DNA from: an uncultured Chlorobiaceae bacterium
GTDB lineage: Bacteria > Bacteroidota > Ignavibacteria > UBA10030 > SZUA-254
Assembly: GCA_964410105.1 (NCBI GenBank)
Contig: CAYPFY010000005.1
Location: forward strand, 35,427 to 99,426
Length of the DNA stretch: 64,000 nucleotides
Direction of reading: 5' to 3'
Shown here: positions 45,556 to 55,576 of the stretch, in pieces
Position numbering within the stretch: the stretch's first letter is position 1
Layout: every line of letters begins with the position of its first letter
Notes under the pieces: generated by a model
Told to the model about the DNA's origin: nothing
Databases searched by the model: none
Seen by the model: only the letters and a program-made list of their open reading frames with translations
Translations under genes and position numbers: made by a program

Positions 45556-48294
45556 CTATTGCACCTTTGCTGTATCCTTAGCGGTCCCGGCGATTTTTTG
45601 TTCATACGACTGGATTTTGGACTTGATCTCGGGAGTATTGGGATAGAGCGCGAGGGCGCGGTTCAGAAGATCGACCGCGGCGCGGTAGTCCTTGCGGGAA
45701 TCATAAATATCGAGAAGCGTCCTGTACGGCATAAAAGGATCCTGGGCGTCCACCCTCCCTGAATTGATCGCCTCCATGGCGCTGGGCTCCACCGTCTTGG
45801 CATAGAGGTTGAAATTGACCGTATCGCCGAGTTGGGTGAAGAGAGTCATAAAATAGGCCGAGATGCGCCAGTCCTGCATCGGGATCACCGAGACGGGGAT
45901 CGTTTTTTCCATCTGCCCGAAAATCTGCTTCGCCCTTGGCCGGTCGTTCTTGGCATTCATGGCAAACTGTGCGAGGCGCATGAAATTGAACCGGTAGTTC
46001 TGAACCATTCGCTGGACATTCTCGTCGTAATAGACTCCCTGGTCGTTCAGATTTCGGTAAAGATATCCCCACTGGGGAGTTTTCACCGGAGCCACGTGAT
46101 CGGCCAGCACATTGGAGGCCATGATATCGTAATCGAGTCCCTGATCCGCCTGGCCGGTCTTGATCGGCTTGAGTCTGAAGCTGAGGCCTTCCATCCAGAG
46201 ATAATTGTCCAGGCCGATCTTAGAATCGGGGGAGCAGGTGACGGCAAAGTAGATGGGGCGGTCCCACCGGATGGATGTGATGATCGAGTACACCATGATA
46301 TCCTGCACGCGGAGAATACGGATATCCTGCTGGTACGGCACTCCGTTCATCGGGAAGCTGATACGCCCCTGATTGAGGACCAAGGTGTCCGTCACCCCGA
46401 ACTTTTCCGCCACTTGACGGGGAACGGCGATCGCTCTCTGCTGGGGTTTCCAGGCCGTCGGGGTGATACGCTCGATCTGTTCATTCGAAAAGGGAAGGTC
46501 GATTTTCCTGGCGCCATGGGGGGAGCTGTTCTTCAGCATATAGATATACCAGGGGGTATTCACGAGACTCAGATTCACGATCCTCACATCCTGGCGGACC
46601 CCTTCGACGTCCTGCAGGTACCAGAGGGGAAAAGTGTCGTTATCGCCGTTGGTGAAGAGAATCCCGTCCTTCTCGCAGCTTTGCAGCAGATTATAGGAAT
46701 AGTCCCAGGCGACATAGTTCCTGCTCCGGTCATGGGAGAACCAGTTGATCCTGGCGAGATTCACCGGGACGGCGGCCAGAGAGAGAAGCAGGACGCCGGA
46801 CGCCATGGCGGACGGGTTGGCCATCGGGAGAGCTTCCTTCAGAACCTCAATGATGCCATAGACGCCGATCCCGATCCAGAGAGCCATGCAATAATATGCT
46901 CCGACGTAGAAATAATCGCGTTCGCGCGGCTGGGGGTCCTGCTGATTCTGGTAGAGGTCAAGCACGATCCCCATAATCGTGAACATCACCAGAAGCACCA
47001 TGCCCATCTTCCAGTCTTTCTTGAAATGATACCAGAGGCCGAACAATCCGATGAAGAACGGGATTCCGAAAGTGTCGGAGAAGCTCACCCCGGCATCCTG
47101 GAAGTCCCCCTCTGCACCGATGAAATTCCAGAGCACGTACCGGATATACATATGGTTAACCTGGTAGCGCCAGAAAAAGTCCATGTCGCTTGTATAATTC
47201 ACGCGGGTCGGCTCGTGCATCGGCTCACGGGAGTAACGCCGAGGGAAGAGTTTTTCGACATAATTCTGCTCGTCGTTATCCCAGCTCTCCCCCTTCAGAT
47301 AGGGCGCCTGGCCGTACTGTTCGCGCGTGAGGTAACTAGTAAGCCGGGCGAGATTATTGGGGCGATTCTCGTTCATGGGCACATTATCGACATTGGCCCT
47401 CATGATCACCTGTGTATAGGTCGTATAGCCCAGGACCACCAGGAGAAAAGAGAGTGATGCGATATGGAGCATCTTATGCCTCGTCTCCAGACTCTTGTAG
47501 GCGCTATAGGCGGCGATGAGAGTGACCGCGAGGGGGACGAAGGGAAAAATCGGGCTCTTGACCCCGCCGACGTCGCCGTCGAGGAACGAGGGAAGCAGCT
47601 GCACCACGCCGGGATAGATCACGAAAAATGTGATGAGAGCGATCGCGCTGAAACGGAAGAAAGTCTGTCGGTTGACCTCATAATTGCGGAAATAGAAGAG
47701 CATCATCACGGGGATCGTCACAAGCAGGGCGAGGATATGCACCCCGGTCGAGAGGCCGAGCAGGTAGGCGATCATGAGGACATAGCGCTCGTTCCTGGGT
47801 TCATCTGCCTTCTCCCACCACCGGAGGGCGAGCCAGAGGATGGCCGAGACAAAAAACATCCCCATGCCGTAGACTTCGGCCTCGATAGAATTGTCCCAGT
47901 AGGTGTTGCTGAAGGCGAGGCCCCATGCGGCGACGGCCGAGGGGCCGTAGGTGACGAGTCGGTCATACATCGACTGTACGGGGCCCCGGAACCGCTGGAT
48001 AACCTTCACCGTGACCAGGTAAAGAAACATGATGGCGAGAGCGCTTCCGATTGACGATACGGCGTGCATGCGGGCGGCGATATCATCGCGAAACGGAATC
48101 AGCGATGCGATGCGGGCGAGAAACAGAAAGAGCGGCGAGCCGGGAGGATGAGGGACCTGCATCAGCCGCGCGGCTGCGCAGAATTCGCCGACATCCCAGA
48201 AAACCACCGTTGTGGAGAGCGTCCTCAGGTAGACGGTAATCGTGACGAGGAAGACGAGGAGAGCCACCCCCCGGTTTATCTGTTTTTCAGCCAT
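45556..48294 (-). CDS. DUF2723 membrane protein (TMEM260-like GT-C fold) with a C-terminal TPR
   Basis: WDVGEF, VPHPPGSPLF, EAEVY, GVH, REQYG, FTNGDNDTFPLWYLQ.VEG.R motifs. Confidence 0.88.
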   Translation of the reverse strand: MAEKQINRGVALLVFLVTITVYLRTLSTTVVFWDVGEFCAAARLMQVPHPPGSPLFLFLARIASLIPFRDDIAARMHAVSSIGSALAIMFLYLVTVKVIQRFRGPVQSMYDRLVTYGPSAVAAWGLAFSNTYWDNSIEAEVYGMGMFFVSAILWLALRWWEKADEPRNERYVLMIAYLLGLSTGVHILALLVTIPVMMLFYFRNYEVNRQTFFRFSAIALITFFVIYPGVVQLLPSFLDGDVGGVKSPIFPFVPLAVTLIAAYSAYKSLETRHKMLHIASLSFLLVVLGYTTYTQVIMRANVDNVPMNENRPNNLARLTSYLTREQYGQAPYLKGESWDNDEQNYVEKLFPRRYSREPMHEPTRVNYTSDMDFFWRYQVNHMYIRYVLWNFIGAEGDFQDAGVSFSDTFGIPFFIGLFGLWYHFKKDWKMGMVLLVMFTIMGIVLDLYQNQQDPQPRERDYFYVGAYYCMALWIGIGVYGIIEVLKEALPMANPSAMASGVLLLSLAAVPVNLARINWFSHDRSRNYVAWDYSYNLLQSCEKDGILFTNGDNDTFPLWYLQDVEGVRQDVRIVNLSLVNTPWYIYMLKNSSPHGARKIDLPFSNEQIERITPTAWKPQQRAIAVPRQVAEKFGVTDTLVLNQGRISFPMNGVPYQQDIRILRVQDIMVYSIITSIRWDRPIYFAVTCSPDSKIGLDNYLWMEGLSFRLKPIKTGQADQGLDYDIMASNVLADHVAPVKTPQWGYLYRNLNDQGVYYDENVQRMVQNYRFNFMRLAQFAMNAKNDRPRAKQIFGQMEKTIPVSVIPMQDWRISAYFMTLFTQLGDTVNFNLYAKTVEPSAMEAINSGRVDAQDPFMPYRTLLDIYDSRKDYRAAVDLLNRALALYPNTPEIKSKIQSYEQKIAGTAKDTAKVQ

Positions 48295-48329
48295 TGATAC
48301 CTCGGAAAAAATCCCAAAAATGGATTGTC

Positions 48330-48358
48330 AATATAGAAGAAATACGAGCCATTCGCAA
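48330..48358 (-). promoter_or_regulatory. Putative sigma70 promoter TTGCGA-N17-TATATT for the DUF2723-GT4 operon
   Basis: Hexamers at 48358-48353 and 48335-48330. Confidence 0.6.
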
Positions 48359-48364
48359 AAAAAA

Positions 48365-49507
48365 TCAGGTGAGGGAGCAGAGCTCTTCGCTAATCGAGTC
48401 GCAGAGGAGGAACCCCTTATCGGTGAGGCGCAGCGTATCGTCATGAAGGACGGCAATCCTGCCGGCGACGAGCCGTCCGATGATCTCTTGGCCGGAGCGA
48501 AGGAGGTCGACCCCGTGGTCGGCTTTCAGACGGGAGAGATTTACGCCATTGCTTCGGAGCCCGAGCATGATCGCTTCGTCGAGCTGCTGACCCGGCGTAA
48601 GAATTTCCTCTCCTCCGACGGGTCGTTGGCCGTTGCGGATTTTTGTGATATATGTCGAAATGCTGGGAGAATTCCACCAGCGCCGCGGCGGGAGAAACGA
48701 GTGGGCGGAGGGGCCGAGGCCGAGATACGGGGAGCCGTCCCAGTAGCTAGAGTTATGGCGCGAACGGAACCCCGGCTTTGCGAAATTCGACACTTCGTAA
48801 TGTTCGTAGCCCCGGGCGCCGAGAAATTCCATCGTAAATTCATACATGGCCGCCTCCGTCTCCAGAGGGAGCGGGGAAACGATCTTATCCCTCACCATCC
48901 TGAAAAGGGGGGTCGACGGCTCGACGATCAGGCTGTAGGCTGAGATATGTGCCGGCTCAAGCTCGGCTGCCGAACGCAGATTATGTTCCCAGCGGGCCAG
49001 CGTTTGATGGGGGAGAGCGAAAATGAGGTCCAGGCTTGTATTCGCGAACCCTGCCTCCCGGGCAAGAGCGATAACGGAGCGGGCCTGAGCTGCAGAATGG
49101 ATTCTCGTCAGAAAGCGAAGGTCGTCGTCGAAGAACGACTGGACGCCGAAGCTGAGCCGGTTCACGCCCGCGTCCCGGTACCCCCGAAGTTTTTCACGAT
49201 TGACAGTGCCCGGATTCGTCTCAAGAGTAATCTCGGGATCGGGCCAAAATGTAAACGACCGGGAGAGGTGATCGAGGATAGTCCCGACCTGCGAGGGGGA
49301 GAGAAGCGAAGGGGTTCCGCCGCCGAAAAATACCGTCCCGAACGCCGGGAATTTCTCCTGGGACGCGGCGAGATCGATCTCAGCGTGAAGCGCGCTGAGA
49401 AAATCATCGACCGGGTCGAGGTTCTCTATCGAGTAAAAGTCGCAATAGATGCACTTATGCTCGCAGAACGGAATGTGGAGATAGAGGCCGGCAGAATTCT
49501 GCTGCAT
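48365..49507 (-). CDS. hemW: Radical SAM heme chaperone (HemN-like)
   Basis: LYLHIPFCEHKCIYCDF, FGGGTPS, NRLSFGVQSF, YEVSNF, YLGLGPSAHS. Start at ATG 49507. Confidence 0.92.
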   Translation of the reverse strand: MQQNSAGLYLHIPFCEHKCIYCDFYSIENLDPVDDFLSALHAEIDLAASQEKFPAFGTVFFGGGTPSLLSPSQVGTILDHLSRSFTFWPDPEITLETNPGTVNREKLRGYRDAGVNRLSFGVQSFFDDDLRFLTRIHSAAQARSVIALAREAGFANTSLDLIFALPHQTLARWEHNLRSAAELEPAHISAYSLIVEPSTPLFRMVRDKIVSPLPLETEAAMYEFTMEFLGARGYEHYEVSNFAKPGFRSRHNSSYWDGSPYLGLGPSAHSFLPPRRWWNSPSISTYITKIRNGQRPVGGEEILTPGQQLDEAIMLGLRSNGVNLSRLKADHGVDLLRSGQEIIGRLVAGRIAVLHDDTLRLTDKGFLLCDSISEELCSLT

Positions 49508-49511
49508 AAGG

Positions 49512-50252
49512 TCAGCGGACCAGCGTTCCGAGGCGATCCCAGCGGACATCGAATCCTTCCATGGACCAGTAGACGATCATCGCTCTCCCCTGCACATTTT
49601 CTTCCGGCAAAAATCCCCAGTGGCGGCTGTCGTAGCTATGGTCAAGATTGTCGCCGAGAACAAACAGGTAATTCTTTTGAATGGCATAGGACGACGAGGG
49701 CTTCCCGTCGATGAGAACTGCTCCCTGAACCTCAACCGAATGGCCCTCGCGTTCAATCACCTGCTTCCAGACGGGCGAGAATCCCGAATCCAGCCTGATG
49801 ACATCGCCTCGCCGCGGAACGGTGGTCGGAGACATTTCCGGGCAATCCGGGGCAGCGAAAGGCGAGCCGTTGATCCAGGCGAATCCGGCGTGGAAAGAAA
49901 TCTCATCTCCGGGCACGGCAACGCACCTTTTCACAAAAAACGTGGGGCGGGCGGGGCGCGGCGATCCCGGCAGCTCGAACATGATCACATCTCCCCTCTT
50001 CACGTCCCCGAGTTTCGGAAGCGGGAGAAACCCAGCGTTCAGGAACGGGACCGTCAGAGTGCGGCCCCCGTAAGCCAGCTTATTGACGAGCAGGAAGTCC
50101 CCCGGCAGGATCGTTGACTCCATGGAGGGCGACGGGATATAAATGGCCTCGAGCACAAAAACCTTCAGGATCAAAGCGAGTCCTGCCGTCACCGCCAGGA
50201 TCTGGACGAAGGGCCGCAAGGTGCGGGCGATGGTTCGGGCTTCGGGGGTCAC
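49512..50252 (-). CDS. lepB: Signal peptidase I (copy 2)
   Basis: PSPSME (Ser), VKRC (Lys), GDN.DHSYDSR.WG. Confidence 0.92.
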   Translation of the reverse strand: MTPEARTIARTLRPFVQILAVTAGLALILKVFVLEAIYIPSPSMESTILPGDFLLVNKLAYGGRTLTVPFLNAGFLPLPKLGDVKRGDVIMFELPGSPRPARPTFFVKRCVAVPGDEISFHAGFAWINGSPFAAPDCPEMSPTTVPRRGDVIRLDSGFSPVWKQVIEREGHSVEVQGAVLIDGKPSSSYAIQKNYLFVLGDNLDHSYDSRHWGFLPEENVQGRAMIVYWSMEGFDVRWDRLGTLVR

Positions 50253-50256
50253 AGCG

Positions 50257-51117
50257 TCAATGGACGATCGTTCCGAACCGGCTCATCCGGACGGAAGAAA
50301 TCTTCCGGGCCATATCGTGAAATGCCACGTCCGGGTCCCATGACCAGTAGACGATGAGGGGCGTGCCGACGACGGATTCCTCGGGGATGAAGCCCCAGAA
50401 TCTGCTATCGAGGCTGTTATCTCGGTTATCTCCCATGCCGAATACGTAATTCCTTTCGACGATATATCGGGATGCTTCAGCCCCGTCCACGAAAAACTTC
50501 CCATCCCGCATTTCAAACCGATGCCCTTCGCGCCGGATGAAGGTGTCCCAGCGAATGTAATTTTCGGGGGTCAGCGTCACCACGTCCCCCTTCTTGGGAA
50601 CAACGATAGGGCCATAATAATCCTCATTAAAGGGCGCGCCCTTGGGAAATATTTTCGGATCCGGGAAACCCGGGGGCCTCACAAAAGACGAATTGAATTT
50701 CACATTTCGGGGGACGGGGGCGGGCTGGCCGTTGACGAAAAGGCGGCGGTTTACCACCTGGACGGTATCGCCGGCGACGGCGACGCAGCGCTTAAGATAA
50801 TAAGCGAACTCCGAAGCTTCCACTTCGTCCCTGTTGCCGGGGAAGATGAACACAATGATATCTCCTCTTTCGACATGCCAGATCGCCGGGAGTTTAAAGG
50901 CGGGTATCTTTGCGCTCGTCAGCGGGATCGTCCGGGGGGTCGTGCCCCCGAAGACGAACTTATTGACGAGCAGAAAATCCCCGGACATGATTTCGTTCTC
51001 CATCGAGCCGGTGGGCACTTCGAACGACGCCAGGACGAAGCTGTTCAGCACGAGGAAGGCGGACAGAATGATCGAGAGCTCCTTCGCCCACCCTATGAGT
51101 GTTGCTTTGATATTCAT
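50257..51117 (-). CDS. lepB: Signal peptidase I (copy 1)
   Basis: PTGSME, LKRC, GDNRDNSLDSRFWG. Start trimmed to ATG 51117. Confidence 0.93.
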   Translation of the reverse strand: MNIKATLIGWAKELSIILSAFLVLNSFVLASFEVPTGSMENEIMSGDFLLVNKFVFGGTTPRTIPLTSAKIPAFKLPAIWHVERGDIIVFIFPGNRDEVEASEFAYYLKRCVAVAGDTVQVVNRRLFVNGQPAPVPRNVKFNSSFVRPPGFPDPKIFPKGAPFNEDYYGPIVVPKKGDVVTLTPENYIRWDTFIRREGHRFEMRDGKFFVDGAEASRYIVERNYVFGMGDNRDNSLDSRFWGFIPEESVVGTPLIVYWSWDPDVAFHDMARKISSVRMSRFGTIVH

Positions 51118-51146
51118 TGATTCACCCTCAGATATAACACCGTTGA

Positions 51147-52943
51147 TCAGTCCTCCATCGCGAGGACCGCGAGGAAGGCCTCCTGTGGAATCTCCACCCT
51201 TCCCACCTGTTTCATACGCCTTTTTCCTTCTTTTTGCTTCTCCAGAAGCTTGCGCTTGCGGGAAATGTCGCCTCCGTAGCATTTCGCCAAAACGTTTTTG
51301 CGCATCGCCGAAATGGAATCACGCGCGATCACCTTGCTCCCGATGGCGGCCTGGATGACGACCTCGAACATCTGGCGGGGGATTAGTTTGCGCAGTTTCG
51401 CGCACAGTTTTTTCCCCCATTCATAGGCTTTATCGCTGTGAACGATTGTGGAAAGCGCATCGACCGGCTCGGAGTTCAGCAGAATATCCAGCTTCACGAG
51501 GTCGGACGTGCGGTATTCGAGAAAATCATAATCGAGCGACGCGTACCCCCGCGACATCGACTTAAGCTTGTCGTAGAAATCGAAAATAATCTCGGAGAGC
51601 GGAAGCTCATAGCGAAGATCCGCGCGGGTCGGATCGATGTAGGTCGTATTCTTATAGACCCCCCGGCGATCGGTGCAGAGCTTCATGATGCTCCCTATAT
51701 ACTCCGCGGGCGTAATGATCTGGGCGGTGATGAAGGGCTCCTCGATGTGGTCGATCTCCCCGGCGGGGGGCATCAGTGCCGGGTTGTCGACGAGGGATAT
51801 TCCCCGATCCGTCCGCATCACGCGATATTCGACGTTGGGGACGGTGGTTATCAGCTCCTGCTTGTACTCGCGCTCAAGACGTTCCTGGACGATCTCCATA
51901 TGAAGGAGGCCGAGAAACCCAGCGCGGAACCCGAAGCCGAGGGCAATCGAGGATTCCGGCTCGAAAATCAGAGAGGCGTCGTTCATCCGGAGTTTTTCGA
52001 GAGAATCCCGCAACTCGGAGAAATTATCCGCGTTGACGGGATAGAGTCCGGCAAAAACCATCGGTTTCGCTTCCTTGTAGCCGGGGAGCGGACCGGGGGC
52101 AGGCTGTGCTGCGTTCGTCACCGTATCGCCCACCTTCGTATCGTGGACATCCTTCGCCCCGGGGATCAGGTAGCCCACATTGCCGGCGGAGAGCTCCTTC
52201 GTCCTGAGGCGCTGCATCTCAAGGATGCCGACCTCCTCGGCGTCAAACGTCCTATCGGTGGCGAAGAATTTCACCTTGTCTTTTTCCCTCAGAATCCCGT
52301 CGAAGATTCTGATATAGACGACGGAGCCCCGGTAGCCGTCGAAAATCGAGTCGAAGATAAGGGCTTTCAGGGGAGCTTCCGGGTCTCCCTGGGGGGGGCG
52401 GATCCGTTCAACGACCGCTTCGAGAATCTCGTCGACTCCCAGCTTCATTTTTGCGCTCGCCAGAATAATCTCCTCCTCTTTGCACCCGATGAGATCCATG
52501 ATCTGATGCTTGACGGAGTCGACCATTGCGCTGGGGAGATCGATTTTATTGATGACGGGAATGATCTCGAGCCCTGCGTCGATGGCGAGGTAGAGATTGC
52601 TGATCGTCTGGGCCTCGACCCCCTGGGAGGCATCGACGACGAGGATTGCCCCTTCGCAGGCGGCGAGGGAGCGGGAGACTTCGTAGGAAAAGTCGACGTG
52701 CCCGGGCGTATCAATTAGATTAAGAGTAAAACTCCGTCCATCCCGGGACTTATACTTCATCTGAATCGCGTGGAGTTTTATCGTAATCCCCCGTTCCTGC
52801 TCCAGTTCCATATCGTCGAGCACCTGATTCGTCTTCATCTCGCGTTCCGTCACGGTCCCGGTACGTTCCAGGAGGCGATCGGCGATCGTAGATTTGCCGT
52901 GGTCGATATGGGCGATGATGCAGAAGTTGCGGATATTATCCAT
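51147..52943 (-). CDS. lepA: Elongation factor 4
   Basis: [46 protein letters not shown]. Confidence 0.98.
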   Translation of the reverse strand: MDNIRNFCIIAHIDHGKSTIADRLLERTGTVTEREMKTNQVLDDMELEQERGITIKLHAIQMKYKSRDGRSFTLNLIDTPGHVDFSYEVSRSLAACEGAILVVDASQGVEAQTISNLYLAIDAGLEIIPVINKIDLPSAMVDSVKHQIMDLIGCKEEEIILASAKMKLGVDEILEAVVERIRPPQGDPEAPLKALIFDSIFDGYRGSVVYIRIFDGILREKDKVKFFATDRTFDAEEVGILEMQRLRTKELSAGNVGYLIPGAKDVHDTKVGDTVTNAAQPAPGPLPGYKEAKPMVFAGLYPVNADNFSELRDSLEKLRMNDASLIFEPESSIALGFGFRAGFLGLLHMEIVQERLEREYKQELITTVPNVEYRVMRTDRGISLVDNPALMPPAGEIDHIEEPFITAQIITPAEYIGSIMKLCTDRRGVYKNTTYIDPTRADLRYELPLSEIIFDFYDKLKSMSRGYASLDYDFLEYRTSDLVKLDILLNSEPVDALSTIVHSDKAYEWGKKLCAKLRKLIPRQMFEVVIQAAIGSKVIARDSISAMRKNVLAKCYGGDISRKRKLLEKQKEGKRRMKQVGRVEIPQEAFLAVLAMED

Positions 52944-52980
52944 GGTCCCGGGTGCCTAAAAAACCGAGCTTTATAAAAAT

Positions 52981-53004
52981 AATCCCGCTCGCGCGGGCGG
53001 GATT
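52981..53004 (-). other. Hairpin in the lepA 5' leader
   Basis: aatcccgc...gcgggatt 8-bp stem between the predicted promoter and the lepA start. Confidence 0.5.
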
Positions 53005-53014
53005 CAACCGTAAA

Positions 53015-53043
53015 AATATACCACAAAATCGACAGATTTACAA
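53015..53043 (-). promoter_or_regulatory. Putative sigma70 promoter of lepA (TTGTAA-N17-TATATT, extended TG)
   Basis: Hexamers at 53043-53038 and 53020-53015. Confidence 0.65.
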
Positions 53044-53125
53044 GGCATTCTTGCTGTTCACGTGTGCAACCCCGATATTCTCCGAACGCCAAAAGTATCC
53101 GATCAAAATCCCCGGACAGCGACAC

Positions 53126-53617
53126 GTGAGTAATCTCCGGTCACAATCGGAAGAGTTCAGCATCACTGTTGAGATCAGCGCAGCTGTCGATCGCGTCTGG
53201 AGTGTCATGAGCGATGTGGAACGATGGCATGAATGGACGCCGAGCGTCACCAGCATCAGGAAACACGCAGGCCCCCTGCGAGTCGTAAGCCGCATCGTCA
53301 TACGGCAGCCTAAGCTGCCGCCGGCGTCCTGGCGGGTCGTCGAATTGGAGCAGCGTCGCGGATTCACGGCTGTCACAGGAAGTCCGCTCCTGAGAGTGAC
53401 GGCTCGCCATTGGATGGATCCAGAACGGTCGGGGACGAGAGTCGTATTATCAATTCGGTTCTCGGGTCCTTTAGGTCGAATCGTCGCCCGGCTGACCCGC
53501 GGTCTGAACCAGCGTTATCCTGCTCTCGAGGCAAACGGGCTAAAGGAGCGATGCGAGAGTTCGGTTCCCCATCAGAGGATCGAACCAGAGGGAGATTCAT
53601 TCCGGGAAGAGCGGTGA
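53126..53617 (+). CDS. SRPBCC (polyketide cyclase/dehydrase-like) protein
   Basis: I.A..DRVW.VM.DVE.W.EW.PS, SGPLG..VA. GTG start at 53126 preferred. Confidence 0.82.
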   Translation: MSNLRSQSEEFSITVEISAAVDRVWSVMSDVERWHEWTPSVTSIRKHAGPLRVVSRIVIRQPKLPPASWRVVELEQRRGFTAVTGSPLLRVTARHWMDPERSGTRVVLSIRFSGPLGRIVARLTRGLNQRYPALEANGLKERCESSVPHQRIEPEGDSFREER

Positions 53618-53719
53618 AATCCCGGAAAAACCTGGCGTCATGATACCCGCGGTTGAATCTTGTGCCGATTTAGAGTAGATTTCCTCAAGATCATATATCT
53701 CTTTCCCCGGAAAACTCTC

Positions 53720-55420
53720 GTGAAATTCCCGTCTTTGTTAATCTGCCGAGCGGTGTCAGTCCTGATCCTCTGCGCGGTGCTGGTCGGGGCGGCCGCCGCC
53801 CGGCACAATGACCAGAATTCACCTCTCCCATCCTACGGAGTAACACCGGGGAAAACCGCCCATGACAAATGCGGACTACGGCACTCCTTCGAGATCCTGA
53901 GAGACTGGAGGAGTTTTAGCACAACCGAGCAACAGGCCTATCGGGCGTTCTTCGCCCCGCCGTCGACACAGACAGAGCGGGTCATCGGGCATTTCGCCAT
54001 ATATTATGACACAACAGGGTCCAATGCCCCGGCCCTCATAACGATTGACAGCTCGGGCAATCCCCACCGGATCCCTGGCACCGTGGAGGCGTTTGTCGAT
54101 TCAGTGGGCAAATTCTTCAACTACGCGTGGGACTACGAAATCGGCGTCTTGGGGTATTCCCCCCCTCCGGTGGCGGTAGACGGAACGTACAGCGTCTTCA
54201 TACAGAATTTCGGAGGATCCGGACTATACGGTGAGACAATGTTTAGTATCGACCCTATCGATCCGGGCCCGCCGGCTCGGTATGCGACATACATCGAGAT
54301 CGACAGGGATTTCCAGTACGTCTACGAGCCGACGAGGGGGATGCCGGCGTTGAAAGTCACGGCCGCCCACGAATTTCACCATTCGATACAGGTCGGGTCT
54401 TACGGAACGTGGGATAACGATTTCTACTTTTATGAAATCACCTCGACCTGGATGGAGGACGTCGTGTTTGGCGACGTCAACGATTACTACCAGTACCTCC
54501 GGGGAAGTTTCGGGGAACCGACGGGTCAATTTGCGACCCCCGAAGTCTCGTTCAGCACGTCGGGTGGTCTGATCGAATACAGCCGGGCGATCTGGGGAAA
54601 ATTCATCGAAAAGAGATTTGGCCGCGATCTCATGCGCAGGACGTGGGATGTCATGAAACATCTGCCGAGCATCCCCTCGATCGACAGTGCTCTGAGAGCT
54701 GCCGGGAGCTCGTTCCCGCAGGCATTCGTCGAATGGAGCGAATGGAACTCCCATACGGGGCCCGTCAGCGACAGCGTGGATTTTTATACCGAATCAAGGC
54801 AGTATCCGCCGATAGCCCGGAGGCAGCAAATCAGGTATACGGCGCCCGGGCAAACTTTTTCGGACTCGATCGCGGGGATGAGTTCCGTGTATCGCGGCAT
54901 CTGTCTCCCCTCATCCCCTTCGGCGGCCTGTGACACGAGCCCTGAGGTGCTGGTCATCGTCAGCAACGTCGACATGGGTGCGTCGGACAACGGCATACAG
55001 TACAAATTCAGTTACGACATAGCGGGCAGTGGCGATACCACCTACAAAAAACTTTCCAACGGACTCTATGTGCGCCTCTCGACGTCGAATCCGTCCAACT
55101 GGGCCACGGTGGAATTGGTGCCGGCGGTCTCGGGGGTGCCGGAGGCGGGTGAGCCGCGGGCCTTCAGGCTCGGGCAGAATTATCCGAACCCGTTCAATCC
55201 GACGACGCGCATCCCCTTTGACCTGGACCGGGAACAGCGCGTGACGCTCAGGATCTATACGCTCCTGGGGCAGGAGATTGCGACCCTCGTGGACGGCAAC
55301 CTCCATGTCGGGAAGCATGAGGCCATATTCCGGGGAGAGGGTCTGTCGAGCGGAGTATACCTCTACAGGCTGAGCGCGGGGGCGCAGACCGTTTCAAAAC
55401 TCATGGTCCTCATCCGGTAG
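53720..55420 (+). CDS. Secreted zinc metalloprotease (MXAN_6640-like) with T9SS-type C-terminal domain
   Basis: Signal peptide, KVTAAHEFHHSIQ (HExxH), EITSTWMED, C-terminal QNYPNPFNP. Confidence 0.82.
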   Translation: MKFPSLLICRAVSVLILCAVLVGAAAARHNDQNSPLPSYGVTPGKTAHDKCGLRHSFEILRDWRSFSTTEQQAYRAFFAPPSTQTERVIGHFAIYYDTTGSNAPALITIDSSGNPHRIPGTVEAFVDSVGKFFNYAWDYEIGVLGYSPPPVAVDGTYSVFIQNFGGSGLYGETMFSIDPIDPGPPARYATYIEIDRDFQYVYEPTRGMPALKVTAAHEFHHSIQVGSYGTWDNDFYFYEITSTWMEDVVFGDVNDYYQYLRGSFGEPTGQFATPEVSFSTSGGLIEYSRAIWGKFIEKRFGRDLMRRTWDVMKHLPSIPSIDSALRAAGSSFPQAFVEWSEWNSHTGPVSDSVDFYTESRQYPPIARRQQIRYTAPGQTFSDSIAGMSSVYRGICLPSSPSAACDTSPEVLVIVSNVDMGASDNGIQYKFSYDIAGSGDTTYKKLSNGLYVRLSTSNPSNWATVELVPAVSGVPEAGEPRAFRLGQNYPNPFNPTTRIPFDLDREQRVTLRIYTLLGQEIATLVDGNLHVGKHEAIFRGEGLSSGVYLYRLSAGAQTVSKLMVLIR

Positions 55421-55477
55421 ACTTCCGCAGACGCCTCAGTTCCGCATTCCCGACCCGTCCCTCCGGGCACTTGGCGC

Positions 55478-55506
55478 TTGTCATTCTGCAGCAAAATTCC
55501 CATATT
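55478..55506 (+). promoter_or_regulatory. Putative sigma70 promoter TTGTCA-N17-CATATT for the S46 peptidase
   Basis: Hexamers at 55478-55483 and 55501-55506. Confidence 0.5.
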
Positions 55507-55576
55507 TGGTCGTCAAGGCGGCGCTAACGCTGGCAAGCCCTCTTTCCACCATAAGACTCAGCTCCGGGAGAATTTT

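Noticed and set aside
45832-47457. 541-aa antisense ORF inside DUF2723
   Set aside because: Shadow ORF with the composition typical of a reverse-frame translation
51438-52718. 426-aa antisense ORF inside lepA
   Set aside because: Shadow of a highly conserved gene
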